A stretch of 64,000 nt of DNA, from positions 35,836,001 through 35,900,000 of the forward strand of contig OZ286462.1 in NCBI GenBank assembly GCA_965644265.1, read 5' to 3'. Origin of the DNA: Glycera tridactyla. Its lineage: Eukaryota. This document shows, piece by piece, positions 12,001 to 27,000 of the stretch (positions are counted from its first letter, which is position 1; every line of letters begins with the position of its first letter). Both the position numbers and the translations under genes were made by a program. The notes under the pieces were generated by a model that was given only the letters and a program-made list of their open reading frames with translations, was not told the DNA's origin and ran no database searches.

Positions 12001-15000
12001 ATCTGAAAGACGTTTGTCGGCATCACGAATCTGTCGAGCAACAATGGCAGCCTGCTCTTCATAATCAATCTCTTCCTGCGATTTCTGCCGCTGATGAGCT
12101 ATCACAGTTTTTGGCGGTAACGAAGGGGCTTCCGATTCAGGCTGAGGCAAAGATCGCCTCATCTGAACTGGTCGGACTTCCGACTGCCCAGGTGAGAGTT
12201 CTTGATTTGGCACTTGTGTGCTATCACTAGCTCGTTCTATTTGGCCACTCAAAGAGTGTGATTGATGTTGATTGGATGGCATGCTCTCCTGTGATTGGCT
12301 GATTGGTTTTGCATGATGATCACTTCCTTTCCTCTCGTATGATTGGTTCGGATAGATCACATGATGATCACTCTCTCTCCTATCATATGATTGGCTTGGA
12401 TAAGTAACATGGTGGTCACTTCCCCTCCTATCATATGATTGGCTCGGAGGGGTCACATGTTGTTCACTTCCTCGCCTATCAAACAAATGATTGGAAGCTT
12501 TTCTATCATGCGGCTGTCCATGTGATTGCCTACGTTCATGTCCTTGAATGAAGCCCGGTCTAAAGTCATTCAGTCTCTCTTGTGACCGGGTCATTGGAGA
12601 GTGTTGCCCACCAATTCTTTCGAATGAGTGATTTGGAGAACGGCGTTCATAAGAATTGGCGATTTCATTCAGTCTTTCATGTGATGTTTTGTATTGTTTT
12701 TGCGGAAGAGGAGGAGCACCACTCAAGTTGTCAGTAGACCTTGTATGCTGATTAGGTATTGGCGATGATCTAGATAACGGATCGCGATCGCTCTCTGACC
12801 CAGAATCAATATTCAACAAATTCTCATTGGATCTACGGAGCAAATTATGTTTCAATTCTGAAACTTTGCTTCGTGTCACCTGTGGCTTACTCGAAGCATG
12901 TGGCTTTCTGTCTTTATTTTCAAAGTTTGAGATCACATCACGAACTGACGGATTCTCCTCAGCCTCCTCAGATGTAGAGTTTGCATTTGCTTGACTAATA
13001 TTGTGGGCGTAATCATCTGAATAATTATTTACAGCCGATGAAATGAACATGTTCTCATTACTCAAAGTTGGGAACTCTGGTTGTTGCTCACTAGTTGGTG
13101 AGCGAACAGGGCCATGTTCGATGACTGCCTTCGCCTCCGTAAATTGTAATGTTTTATTGGCAGGCTCGGCGGATCCAACCTTCATGAAGTTATCAGTCCG
13201 TGTTGTGGGAGGCGTGGCTGCATCTGGACCAGGGTGATTGGGCGATGTCATTGGCGGCGAACTGCTACCCAATGCCCCACCACTACGCCGGTAATTCCCG
13301 CTGAATCCTTGGCGTGTATTCTGCCGGTACTGCATGTACGAGTCCCCGCCATACCTGTCAACATAAAATGTAAAATATCCATCAATCAATAGTGATGAAA
13401 ATATGAAGCAATCAACATCAAAGGAAATCTTGAAGTTGGGCTCTGTAAATGAAAAAAACAAAAAAAAACAAATGATCAATCAACAAAATTGGTGATGGGT
13501 CACAGATTCTCTCCATTCACACTCTCAGGTTTATCTCAGAGCACTGCAAATCAAATAAGAAGATGTCATCAGAATCAAGCCATTTTGAGAATTTCTTATG
13601 CGATGTTGGTTGGTGTGGATGTGAAGCCCAATCTGTCTCCATTGGGCTACTATTAGTGTCAGATGAATTCTTCTAAGAGAGATCACCTCCTTCGGAAGAC
13701 CACCTTCTTGTGACATATAGGGTGGTCTCTCATCACAGGTTTCACTGTATCACCCTAATAAACTGAATTCCTTGATTTTTTTTACAATTTCCATTACATA
13801 GGAGCTGCCGAGATTCGATAACCGAGGGAGCTTTATTTGTCAATACAAGGAGGAGGAGTTTGGATGAAGGTAGTTGGGCAGCGAGACTGGGAGGAGTGTC
13901 TGAGGACGAGAGAGGAGTGTCTGTGATGTTTATCAGCTCTAGATGATGCCTGGTACCAGCATCTCGACCAGGAAACAACCATCCAACCATCGAGCTTGCT
14001 TGCAAGGCCAGACAACTTAGCAAGAGCCAGAAGTGAAAAACATATCCCCAGAGGAGTTTCACTCAACGGAATGATGTGCCTCACACAAGGATGGCACCCT
14101 TGAGAGTTACTACAAACATTTGCCAGGGCATGTGTTATGCACTTTCTCTATCCCTGAAGACTGGCAGCAAATAGAGGGACAGGCGATAATAGATGAGTGT
14201 AGTTGAACCTCCTTGAGAGACCCCATGTACTGGATAAAAGTCAGCTGTCTACACTTTTTGAAGCAGCCGAGGATGTTCTTGTAGAAAGATTCAATAGTAT
14301 TTTTTACATATTCGAAGACCATCTCGGGTCTTAAATTAGGAATACATGTGAGTTAATCGAATGTTTACGAGGTATCACATTGGCCAAAATGTCCCGTCAT
14401 AGACTATGCGATAAACTGCATCAAGCCTAACAAAGGCCACAATTGAAATGACCAGATACAGTCTTGGCAGCAGGTTTGACAGTATAATGAAATACTTATC
14501 CCAACAACAGGTCAATTTCAAAGCCCATCAATACGCAGAATAAATCTCAATTCCTGACTTACCCCATCATCCTCTGCACAAAGACTTTTATAGCAACCAT
14601 ATTTACAGTCTCTTTGGGAGCAGACTTGGGAAATGGTATCCCACTGCGTGGAGTGAGAGTATAGATTAGCATGAGTACAGTAAAATGTCATCCGGGTATC
14701 CAACTCCTAATCCTTATCTGAACTGAATACTCGTGAACAAGCAATTGCTCACTCCCAAGACCTGCTCATTATATCAGCTATGGTGTGACCCCTAGCTGTG
14801 GAGGTAACACTACCAATCAAATGTGCTCACTCAGCAACCAACTGTCCCAGTAATGATGGGGGTGAGGTGTTGGGGGTGGGGGTGATGTTTGTCACAGTTG
14901 AGCTGCTCACCAGCAGGGGGTGAGTATATGACAGCATGGACTCACTCATCTACCATGCTGAGTGTATACTGAGTTGCTCACCACTAAGTAGGAAGCCACA

Positions 15001-18000
15001 TTTGCTCACTCACCAATATGCGAGTCACAGCTAGACTTTTTTTCAAAGGAGGACCACTGTTGCTGATCACAAGTGGTTTGTAACAGGTGGGGGGGGGGGG
15101 GGGTGTTCACCTCATGTGCATGTTTGTGCGTGTGCATGTGTAAGGCTGGCAGGCAGGGNNNNNNNNNNNNNNNNNNNNNNNNNNNNNNNNNNNNNNNNNN
15201 NNNNNNNNNNNNNNNNNNNNNNNNNNNNNNNNNNNNNNNNNNNNNNNNNNNNNNNNNNNNNNNNNNNNNNNNNNNNNNNNNNNNNNNNNNNNNNNNNNNN
15301 NNNNNNNNNNNNNNNNNNNNNNNNNNNNNNNNNNNNNNNNNNNNNNNNNNNNNNNNNNNNNNNNNNNNNNNNNNNNNNNNNNNNGAACTGAATGTTGAGA
15401 ACTGAATGTTTAGATGGCAGACATGATGTTTTTTGCTGTTTTTGTGATCCCAACAAGAAGTGACAAGATAAACAGGTGTTTCCTACAGACATAATATTTC
15501 TTTGTTTAACATATGCTCAAGTATCCCTACTCCACTCTACAACATCAAAGCAAAGTTTAGTCTGTTACAAATGGTGCCAAATCTGATTGCACTATGAAAT
15601 GACAGGGATGCCTACCTCTGATGGGTAATGACAGGGTGCCATGTTAGGGCCTTCCCTACTGACACAAACAGGCAGGTTTACTGTTAGGGCAAGTAATTTC
15701 ATCCATCTGCCACACCAGGGCAGGTGAAAATTACACTTCACCTGAAAAAGGTTAGTAGAGAACCCTGGATGATGCCAAATTTCGAGAGTGATGTTGGCAG
15801 TATTGGCTATTATCAAATATGAAGTGTTCAAATCTCTAGGAGTAATATTATGCACAAAATAAAATTGACTCAATAGAGTAATCATCATTGGAAATGACCT
15901 CCGATGAACGACTATGATGAGCCTCGAAGGGTTGAAATGGTGACAGTTGTGTTATGGATTGTCAAGGTCAGAATGAGTTATCCAGGTCTACCCATCACAG
16001 CACTCTAGAATAGGTTTATTATCTATAATTGGCTGCAGTTCGACTGAATTCAGGACACATGCTCTATCATTCATTCCAATCACTGCCAAAATGATTTCAA
16101 CAATTACAACTTACATATTTAACCATCAAATGCCAGATACACATATATCACTCACATAATCAGAGTATTGAGAGGGGAAAGGTCAATAACAGTAGAAAAC
16201 CAAAGAGTGTGTTACCATAACAAATTTACAGTATCAAATGTAGGCTATTATAAAAATTTACTTCATTACTTGTTCAGTACATGTACTGTGGCAATCATGG
16301 AGAAATTGAGTTTGATTCGCATAAGTTAAAACTTTCCAAAACTGTTGTCATTCCAGTGAAAAGAAAAGTACAAATTTTTTATTGGGAGTTTTACCCATAA
16401 ATGCAATTGTAAATATGAATACAACCATCCCCAGGTAGAGTATGGACTGATGAACTTGAGGAATTCGCAATGTCAAGCTCAGAGGACACACAATAGAGAT
16501 TGAATTCAAGATAGGACTTTCACATTCAAAATTGTGTGTAAATTCATAAATTTATTTTGCAATATTTATCAACCATCTGTTTGTGATTTTGGTACTGGAA
16601 ACACTCGGATCAGTCAGGATCATCATCAATGATTTTACCAATTCTCGAATTACACCTTCCCTCTCCTCACACTGTTGCGTGAGAAGTACCTTGCCATTAA
16701 GACCATCTTCCAATTAGGTCAGGGAGGTCATCATGGGGGGGGGGGGGGTCTGACATAAACAACTTGTGGTGGAATGGTGAATAGTCCAACCTACTCACTA
16801 AGCCCATTCTTGGTTACATCAAAAAGGGGTATTTGTAGACAGGTCACCTTTGTAGAGAGGTTGTTCACTGTACAAAAGACAGTGAGGTCAATGAGATGAA
16901 GCTGAGACTACCCCCACACATTCCTGAAAGTATCTAATCTGAAAATCCCAACCAGATTTCAATGATTTGTGAATTGAATTTGTTTCACGCAATTCCCAAT
17001 TTTGCGAAAAATTTCAGAAAATTGGCACCACTGAATAGATTATTGGGGTGATTACTTGCAGTGGTCTCTGTAGCTGGGCAGCCTCTTTGGAGAGATGATC
17101 TCTCAAGGAAATTTGACTATTTGATTGAAGTTACAATGGGAGTTATACTCGAAATACCGACTGGACACTGGAGAATTTCAAGCTCTGCATGCCCTTCCCA
17201 ATGACTGCCATGAGGGAGCAGCTGAAAACACGTTCCAAGCCAAACATGCATCGACCAGTGCCAGGAGTTTCAGCTAGTAATATTTGTTGTGAGTGTGTGA
17301 AAATAGACAAGGGGTGTCGAGAACACATGCTTCCAGCCCTGCTTACCCCGCAGCTGGTATGTGGGTATTATTATGGGGTGCAAATGGCATTGTGTTTATA
17401 ACACAGAGGCTCTGAAGCCCACCAGCTGGGGTGAAGTGTGGGCCCCAATAGAGAGCTGGGAACTTCCCCATGTTTGCTCCTGATATGATGATGGGTAAAT
17501 AGCAAAATATGGTCAACAAAGAACTAAAATATCAGCAGCACATTAGTAAATCGGGTATGATCAACAGCATATATGTGGGATGGTCTGTGGACTGCTAAAT
17601 ATATTACATATAATGTCTTCAGACAACAAAATATAAGTTGCACATGGATAATTTCACACCTGGCTAATGGTGCTCACATGGAAACTTGTAAGTAGGTTGC
17701 TCATCTACCTTGCTCATTAGCCACTCTCCGAGCAGATACAGGTGTCTACCATGCTCACTGATAAAAAATTATTTGAAAGACACAGGTGAATTCTGGCAAC
17801 TGTTGGGTCATTCTTTCAGCAGGATTTTCAAGGTATAGTGTGCAATCCTGCTCTACATGTTCCAAGCATACGGCCAAGGTTGATCCATTTATTTTTTGGT
17901 AATTTACTGGCTACTGTAATTCTGTCTTGGCGAGATTGTGTGGCCCTGAAATTGGGATAAAATTTCATGATGTCCTCATATCTGTTTAGGAAATGAGAGG

Positions 18001-21000
18001 TAATGGGTGTCACTGAAAAAGGGCCCATAAAAGTTGTGGTCTCTCACTGGAGGTATATATTTGAGGGTGTCAAATATGAAAGCGGCCCAGTGATAGTGCA
18101 TGGTGTCCTGTCACCAATCATCCCTCATTCTCTCATCAAAAGTTTCACTGTAGAGTGGGGAAGAGGACACAAAAGTACAAGCAATCATCCTTAACTTCTT
18201 ATAACTGACCTGACAGCACTGAGCAGGACACATTATTCAAATGTTCCAGACTGGCAGCTAACTCCTTTCTAATTTCAGCAAGTGTCAGAAGTATTTTGCG
18301 GAAACCTGGCAATTCTTTGTTTCTCACCATTTTTCAAACTCTGGGTGTCAGGCTGAATTAAATGGAACAGACACCTCAGCATGAATAATAATGTTACTTC
18401 CCATGTTCCGCGCGTCTTGATTGGGTTTTCCACTGTGCAATTTTTCACTCTAACCCACATGTATTGACCAATTCTAATCAATCTGAATAGAACCATCACC
18501 AGTATTAAGCAACAATATTCAGGCCTCTTTCCCAATGGTGATTGCTTCATGCAGGTTTGGCTGATTCTCTATTTCTCTCATTGGCAATCATATCTCTTTC
18601 ACTCGCTAGCAATTGGTAACAGGTTGGGATAGCATTAGCAGGCACATTCCGTTGATGGCTCTAGCAACTAAAAATGTGGTCAGTGAGGTTAACGCACCTA
18701 TTTACCTCTTTCTTGGAGATATATCAATACATTCAAGGTTCACAATGGGTGCATTGGTCATAGAAGTCTCAACAGAGGTACATACATCAAAAGTGGTTGC
18801 AACGTGGCTGCAGCATCTTTGCTTTACTATGAATTTAGACTCATGCTTCTATACACATCCATGGATATCCTGGATTATACTAATTTGTGTTTCTGAACTG
18901 AAAAAAATTGAAACCTGTGATGAGCGACCACCAAATAAGAGACCATCCCAGACAGGCAGTATTCATATTTGGCAAGGTCAAATATACCTTCAATGATAGA
19001 CTGCTATTTGGTGACATTCAAGGTGAGCTCTCACTGCAGGTCTCATTGCAGGTCTCAATACTTGATCAATTATTGCTATAAATATGATAAGGAGTCCCTG
19101 TCAAAAGTCAGCTTGAAGTGTGAGAACAGAAGTGGTAATTGTTAGACCAGCATTTGCACCATCAAATTATTCAGAATTAAAGGGGGCACAGAAAGGACAC
19201 AGTGTATTCACCAACATTTGAATTGTTATGGACTTTCCGAAATATTCATGTTGAAGTTGACAATTCACTTGCTTATTCAATAACTAGCATACACCATGCG
19301 CACATGGAATACCAAACACTGATCACAATGCCAGGAGTTATCTCCAAGCTGAATACAAATATCCAATCAACTGGCATGATCCATGGAAGAGATTTCTAAG
19401 CATTATGCTGCCTGCCGAAGCAACCAATCATTAGCGCATAACTGACAGCACATGTGATCTGGAAATTCCACTACAACTTCTATAACACATAACCCCTTCC
19501 AAGAAAACCTCGGCAAATGCCTCTTCCATGAAATGTTCAACACAGATCATTCACTTATTTATGGATGTGAATGGGAAAGTTCAGGGTAGACTAATGAATG
19601 GCTTCTCGAAAATTTTGTTGATCTCGACTTTTTTCACGTAGAAGCATACAGAATTGAACCATTTCTCTCCCAATACAGTTAAAGCTGTCTAAAGAAGCCA
19701 TCTTTGGCAGCTTCCAAATGTGATTGCCATGGATGGGAGGACACCTCTGTGCCAAGACTCCTCGTAAAAGAGATGACTGCAATAACGAGTATCTTATGCT
19801 ATACATCGCCTCTCCACAGAGACCAATTTTCAACCTCTGTTGGGGACCAAGAGGGAGTGGTCTTGGATGATCTTACCCATGCCTATTGCACTGGTATCTC
19901 AATATAGCCCAGATAGTACTTACTGGATGGAAGCCAACCAACCAACCTGTGGATCCTAGATTTGTTACTTGGTCGTTTTTGACCAATTTCCACTTAATGT
20001 TGATGCTCCAAGCCTACCGCTTGTTTACTGCAGTTTACTGGTTGAGAGGAATATTTATGTAATTCACAGCCATCATGACCGACAGGAGTATGCATGCACT
20101 ATCAAAAAGTTATTTTGTGGGGTATAACTCCTGCAGGGTTGAGCGTCTGGGTATGGGTTCTACCCCCTATCTTAAGACAATATTAGTATGTCTATGATAC
20201 TTGACTTGTGTGTTTAAAGGTTGGGTAGCAGGCCTAGTGGAATCAACCCACCCCCACCATGGTGCCAGAGGTGCTCGGGCTTCTCTGGAGTGTGAAACAA
20301 AAACCTGCTCACCTGGGATGTGTAATACAGAGCCTAGCTGCACATATGGCTTACTCTTGTGACTACATGCGAATAAAAACATCCATCCTTTCTACTTCAA
20401 TATTGACTGCAGCTACCCCCATAAGATGCATACTTCAAATGTTACAAAGCACAAATCACAAAATAATTCCGCAACAGCCAAACATGACCTGATGTAAAGT
20501 TTTGAATTTATTCCACAAATTTAGAACTGACTGAAAGAATCGACAAAAATTCATATAATATATAATGTATGTCTTCAGTGTTGCGAGACCCCAGCTAACA
20601 AATTGTCTGTAAATTTGATATATTTACGAAAGTAGCATCCAGAAAACAAGGAAAATATAAAATCGACCATTCAAGACAGAATATTCTGAATTTGGAAAAT
20701 TCTCTGTGAACTCACATCATGGTGTTCTGAGGTCATATGAGTCTTATATTGAAATGTGACATCCTTTTACTGCATATATATCATGAAACATAAAAATGTT
20801 GAGTGCGGCTGAACCGACTTCCTATCTATCCAAAAATCTTAAGAAGTGGGAAATAATATTGTATGAAATAGGTACAATCAAACCTGCTCGAGTCCACATC
20901 TATACCAAGACCACCTGCCTACAAAGGCCACCCTGAGTAGTGAATGTGACAATATTTCCTACAGTATACAAGCTTCCGGCAGAGTGTACCTGTCTAAAAT

Positions 21001-24000
21001 GCTCACATTCTGATGCGACGTTCGTTTGGTTTTCGTACACAGGTTAAATTGTATTCAATATTGCCATCATGTTCAGCACATTTTGTTTTTATATTACTTC
21101 ATTAGTGGCTGTTGAATGCGCTTCTTCAGCGATACTTTATATGCAAACACAGACCCAGCTACCGACAACTGTAGATGAATATTTGTCCACATGGAATCAA
21201 CCCATTCAGACATCCAGGAGCTCATCATGAATACGAATGAGGCATCAACATGATGTTTAGTGATAAGCCAGCTTCAGATGTCTGATAAATCGGCTGACAA
21301 ATCAATATCAGGATGAGATGAAGAAATGATAAATATCTTCACCAATGCCCGAGATAGTGGAGAGAAAAGGTTGAGGCGCTGGGTTGAATGTTGCCACCTG
21401 TGGGTAGCCAGGTGCAAACAAATATCACTATGACTACCAAAGAGTCAGTTTGCAGCCAGCTCCCTCCCTAAATCCAAAATTATTCGACCAACTTACTACT
21501 ACTTGTCAACCAAAATTCAGATTTGGCACTTCAAATCTGACTGACATTGGTCACTTTTGCTCATGTATATCTCAGCCAAAATTGAGGCCCAAGGTGTGAA
21601 CGATCTTTCAAGGGTCAGCTTGGGATCATGTCGAGTGTTGTGTACAGTTCGAATACATGTACTGGACACTGATGTGCATTGCATGGATGTCTCAATATAG
21701 CCAAGGTGGTGCTGATAAGATGAGATACAGACAAACACACAAACAATCAAGCAATAGGTTCACCGTACTCGTGGCAGAAAGCTAACCATGAAGCGGGACT
21801 GGGGCCGGCACACTCTCTCAAACATCTACCAGGAGATTCTGTCATGTGATCTCACCAGGAGGTCAGGTGACCATAACAACCAATCACACTAGACACGGGC
21901 TGATGAATCTCGTAGATGTACTAGCAGAAATGTCCTTCGCCTCAAGCAACTTATGATTAACAGTAGATGTCACCTAAATTTAGGAGTATTTTTATCCGCC
22001 TATTTTAATAAATACTCAGTGCAGAACTTGGACCAGTTTTTCTTAGCTCTAGAAATCAATCATGACTGAGGGATTACTGTGTTTACCTCCATGCAGCCTA
22101 TTTTTAGCAAATAAAAATGACTGGAAGGTGTGGCTGGCGAATGTTAGAGCACTGGGGAGGGAGCAACTGGTTCCAGACCCGTACTAGTATCAAAGCACAG
22201 TGATGGATCACAAGAAAAGACAAACCTAATGAGCACTGGAGTTGACTATGGTTGTTCCCTGGGCTTCCACTGTTTTTGGTGGTAGCAAATCATATCACAA
22301 TTTCATAGGCTGGAGGATTTGATTCAGAAATCAAGAAATAATATGATTGGATTTGTGGATAGGTCCAAATTGTTTGAATCATGAGGAACACAAAACATTT
22401 TCTATGAAATATGGCTACGTGATAAATTGCAGGGAGGGGGAGCCGAGAATGGTGATGATGGGATATTGAAATACTGTAGTTTAGACTGAAATTTAGCAAG
22501 CGAAGCCTGAGGGGAACAACATTATGGACAAGAATTTGAAATGTCCGAAAATGAAAAAAAAAAAGAAATCTTTGAAAATGACCTGAAAGAGTGGTGCTGA
22601 TGACTTATTAGGGACGTGATAGAGTAACCACCAAAAATCAGGAAAACCTTTCTGGAGGCACTTTTTACCAAGATTTTGGGGACCAAGAAACCCCAGCAAC
22701 TGCTATCCAACTTAAAAAAACTCTATTTCTATCCCTATTGAGAAATATGCCGAAGACTATATATGTGAAACATGGACAACCGTTAATAATAGACCTACAA
22801 TATGAAGAATTTGAAAATAGAAAGAGTAGTGCTGGTGAAGTGTGACGGTGTGGAGGAGGGTGAAGTTGAGATGGTCCTGGAGAAAGGACTGGATCAAGGG
22901 AAAGGAGGTGAACAGGAAGCGCAGATGGTAACAAGATATTCCAACATGTCAGAATCCGGCCTTCAGAGCCCACCACCTTCAGAGCCCACCTGGGAAAAAA
23001 CAGATAACTGCAGGACTACTGCCTGTTTCTTATAAATGAGAACCCCATCCCTGACTGCAATCTAATGTGGACTCTGATGCTGATTCTGACTTACTTCTGC
23101 TCTGAGAAATCATTGGACCACTGGTAGGAGGCAAGATTCCAGACCAGATCAATACTAAAATTGACCAATACTAGGCATACATGCCCTGGCATATTGGGTG
23201 AACCTGTCTATGTGTAAATCTCAATGATTTTGCCAAAAATAAGGTAAAATGTGTTGTTTAGGAATGAAAGGCTGGAATCTTCTATATAAATTCAGATGAC
23301 ATTGTTGTGGATGGCCTAGAATGGGCCGTGCCTCCTTCAGGCAATTCTCTACTTTGTGTCATCAACAGAAGTAATACCATTATTTACGTCTTGTCTGTCA
23401 GGGCCTAAGATGGTGCCCAAGCACTTAGCTGGGTAAATTCTTTCCTTCACCAAAGCTTACTATAAGTACCATGAAACTTCCCTAACAGTATTCAAAGCGT
23501 TAGTATTTCAAGTGAAAGGTTTTGAATAGAACATCCTACGTGGTAAAGATATTGATGTGTTGGAAAAAATCAGGAGGGCGATCATTGGTAACCATTCAAA
23601 GTAGGTTAGCAGCTGTGTGAAGATAGTGATAAGGTCAAGGCCATCATGAGGTCAAGGCAACATAATGAGTTCCATCCACCTGGTTTCTGGGCCGAGCTTA
23701 TGGTAAACAAGAGCATCTGAACTGACTGCATTCCTGCTGAACTTATAATGTACGATAGAAATGGGGCCATCTAATAGGTGCTGTAGCCCTCAACAGCTGC
23801 AGAGGTGTGAACAGGCAGCACTCATCTGGGAAATACGAAATGATGTGTACCAAAATTAGGAGGAGGGGGAAGGGAGGAGAAGGAGAAAGGCAAGGAGAAG
23901 GGGTAAAAGAGGAGGAGGTACAGCAGCAGGGGGAGGAGCAGGAGCAGGAGACAGGTGAACAAAATGGAGGCTGAAACAGGAAGTGACAAAAATCACAGGA

Positions 24001-27000
24001 GGTATGATGGGAAAGCATAGATGTCAACATCATCCAGACTGCAGAGTATGACTCCTTAACAGGCTTTACATCTCTGAAAGAATGATAATAGATACGTGAT
24101 TTTCCCCATCAGAACCCATTCTGTCACAAGGCATTGTTCAACTATCACATTTTGAGCAAGGATGTTCCAAGTTGACAGGTTCCCAGAATTCATTTGGCTG
24201 AATCCATAAAACCCAAGCAAAAACGGTGTGAAGTTATTGCTAATTAAAATCCGAATGCCAGCAATAACAGGAAAACAGCAGGATCAGGCAACTGTATCCT
24301 TTTGCTATCGCATCATATGCCATGGAATATGAACTCATACAAGATCAGGGCTCTACATTAGCTTTTTTTCTTCACCTGTCCTTCGGGCAAGTAAAGTGTG
24401 ATTTTGACCTGCCCTGCCTGTCATTTTAACCTGCCCTCCTGCATATATTCTTAGCCTAAATAATGGTGGAGTACCTGCCCATAGGGCAGGCAGACTGATA
24501 AAATCACCTGCCCTAACAACAAATCTGCCTGCCTGTGCACTTACGGCAACCCTTAGCGTAGAGCCCTGAAGATAATAATCAGCCATTTGTCTACCGCTAT
24601 TGAGTTTGGAGTTTGGGGCATTTCTTGATTATTCAACATCAAACTGAAAACCAAACCAGTTTCGAGATAGTTGATTCGCTCATGCTTCCAAAATACGAGT
24701 ATACAGCAGCTAATGAATTTGTTTGCTCTTCAATATCATCTGGGCTATCTCAGAGAAAACCTCATTTTTGTTCCGGTACAAGATTAGAACAAGAAAGCGC
24801 CAGCTTTAGCAGCATGTTAAAGCAATCAAGTAATCTGGCAGTCAGTGCATAAACTTTCTAAACCTCCTTCACCGGAGAGTGGTACAGCCACACCTGAGTG
24901 GTTATTTTTTCAACCCGAGCTTGTTTTCCCCATTTTCTCAGTGTTGTTGATATCATTCCTAGATGCTGATATAGCAAGATTGCCACACACAGACCGAAGC
25001 TTCTCTCACATATGTTTTACAGATGCTTTAACTGGATAGATATCATACAGCCCTAGACTCCCTTGCAAACTACAATCACTTTGTATAAGGATACAGATGC
25101 AATTTCCTGAATTATGATAAATTTCCCACAAAACACCCAGACAAATTCTTGCATGTATATATTTTCTAAAGCTCCCAGCCAGATTGCAGCTAGTTATCAA
25201 GTTCTTGTTTTTTTATCTCACTTTGAGAATTCCTTAAAAATATTTGAAAAATTGAATCACAGTTTATATGATCCTGTCAGGTTTGTGTTGATAAGATCAG
25301 TAGTACAACTAATTCCAAATATATGTGATCAGCTAACAAGAGCCTGAACCTTGATAACAGAAACAACTCTTATTCCGTCACCCACCACAAAGAAGAAATA
25401 AAAAACACAGCAAATTTGGCAGGAGTACAGCAGATTTGGCAACAAACCCATAAACTACCAACTACAAGGGGCAGATGCACACACATGCGGTCACTTTGTC
25501 AAGGAATGGCATGTGTCCAGACCAATTAAAAATCCTTTCCACCATATATATTTGGCGGCCTACATATACCAAGCCCTTCATTGTTTGTAGTTGACCTCAA
25601 ATAAAGAGGGCAAGGGGAGGGGGTTAAATGATGACTCTTATTAATTGAATTCATCTATCCAATCAAAATCCCATCATTTTCATTATATTGTTCACCCTTT
25701 GAAAACTAGTTTACAAATATAATTAAAAATATATTGCCTCTGAAGTTTGTGATCATGAAAAGGATTTTGGGTCCATTTTCTAGTAACTTCCCTTACCTGA
25801 TTACATGAACTAGGCAATTTCATGTCTGATGAGAGACAATCTATTTTGACAGACTGCCTTTAGTTACAGTCAGGGTGGTCTCCTGTCATGATTCCACTGT
25901 ACTGATCCTACTATCCACACTTTATCAGAGTTCATTTTTACAAAGATTTATGGAGAATGGAGATGGTCGTAGGGAACAACAAGTACATTGTCTCTATTTA
26001 TCAGATAAAGTGAAGTACACCAATGTATAAATCATTAAAAATCTCCAGTCTGCGCTGATTGACATGTAGCATCAATCATTTGACTGTCAATAAATCAATC
26101 GACTGATTTATGAATCAATCAATCAGCCGTGGACCTAATGCACACCAACACAGAAAATGTAACAACTCTTGAGTAACACAGTATATCTCCTCAACAATCA
26201 AGATGTGAGAAATGAAAAATGTCCATCCGACTTTTATCACCGATGTGATGATGATAGGGTGAATGGATCAGGAGTATATCATGAACGATAAATGGTTCGA
26301 AATTCCCAGTCAGATTCAAGCAATTTTCAGATTTCGAACAACCTGAATTTCAGAATTCAAGAAATCATCGGAAAATCGGTATTGCTTATTTTATGCACCA
26401 AACTAAGCAGTGACTCCCGTGAGATTTACGAAAGACAATATAATAAGCAGGTCAATGAGGATGCTTGCATCCTGTTTCTGGTGAAAGTCCTTTGCGTCTC
26501 TCTAGTGCTCATCCTGGAGTTGGGGGAATTTATCTGATTGGATGCTCTGTAAAGATGATACACAAATGCAGGGGCTAATGAAGAAAGGGTGAGAAAATAT
26601 CCTGGAAATAATGGATTGCAGGGCAAGGGGCATCTGCCTACTTTCACCCAACTTTGGGATTGCCTAAATTGCAGTGAAATCTTCCCAAATAAAGATGAGG
26701 GATCTATGCTTGGTTCCTTCATTTATGATACAACCACCAGTCAAGTTTCCTCAGACTCATTTTGAGTTTTAGTGAATCGATCCCCTAATGTTGAAGCCTG
26801 ACACGAGTGTAGCCTCTCTTTGGCCAGATCCCGAAGTTTCCTGATCTACACACCATGGGCCACTTAGGGCCACTGCAACAACAGAGCAAGAATGCAAGTG
26901 ATAACCACAGAGCTAATTTGCTAACAAGCCCACCACTGGCAATTCTGAAGATGGTGGCCTAAGATCTTGATCGGTGCCACTGTATGACTATAATAATCAG

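Noticed and set aside
13742-14084. Overlapping 106- and 83-aa minus-strand ORFs upstream of the large exon
   Set aside because: No strong donor in the required phase 2 and no recognisable domain.
15073-15492. ORFs spanning N runs (also about 39964-40309 and 61417-61787)
   Set aside because: Artefacts of undetermined bases.
23095-23120. 26-nt microexon-like segment with a good acceptor and gtaagt donor (minus)
   Set aside because: Length is not a multiple of 3 and it would frameshift Shroom.
22665-24033. Purine-rich ORFs (22802..23035, 23743..24033)
   Set aside because: Low-complexity GA-rich sequence without supporting splice structure or domain.
26294-26310. Pol III B-box-like ggttcgaa motifs (also about 62897)
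   Set aside because: No matching A box or cloverleaf, so a tRNA or SINE cannot be supported.
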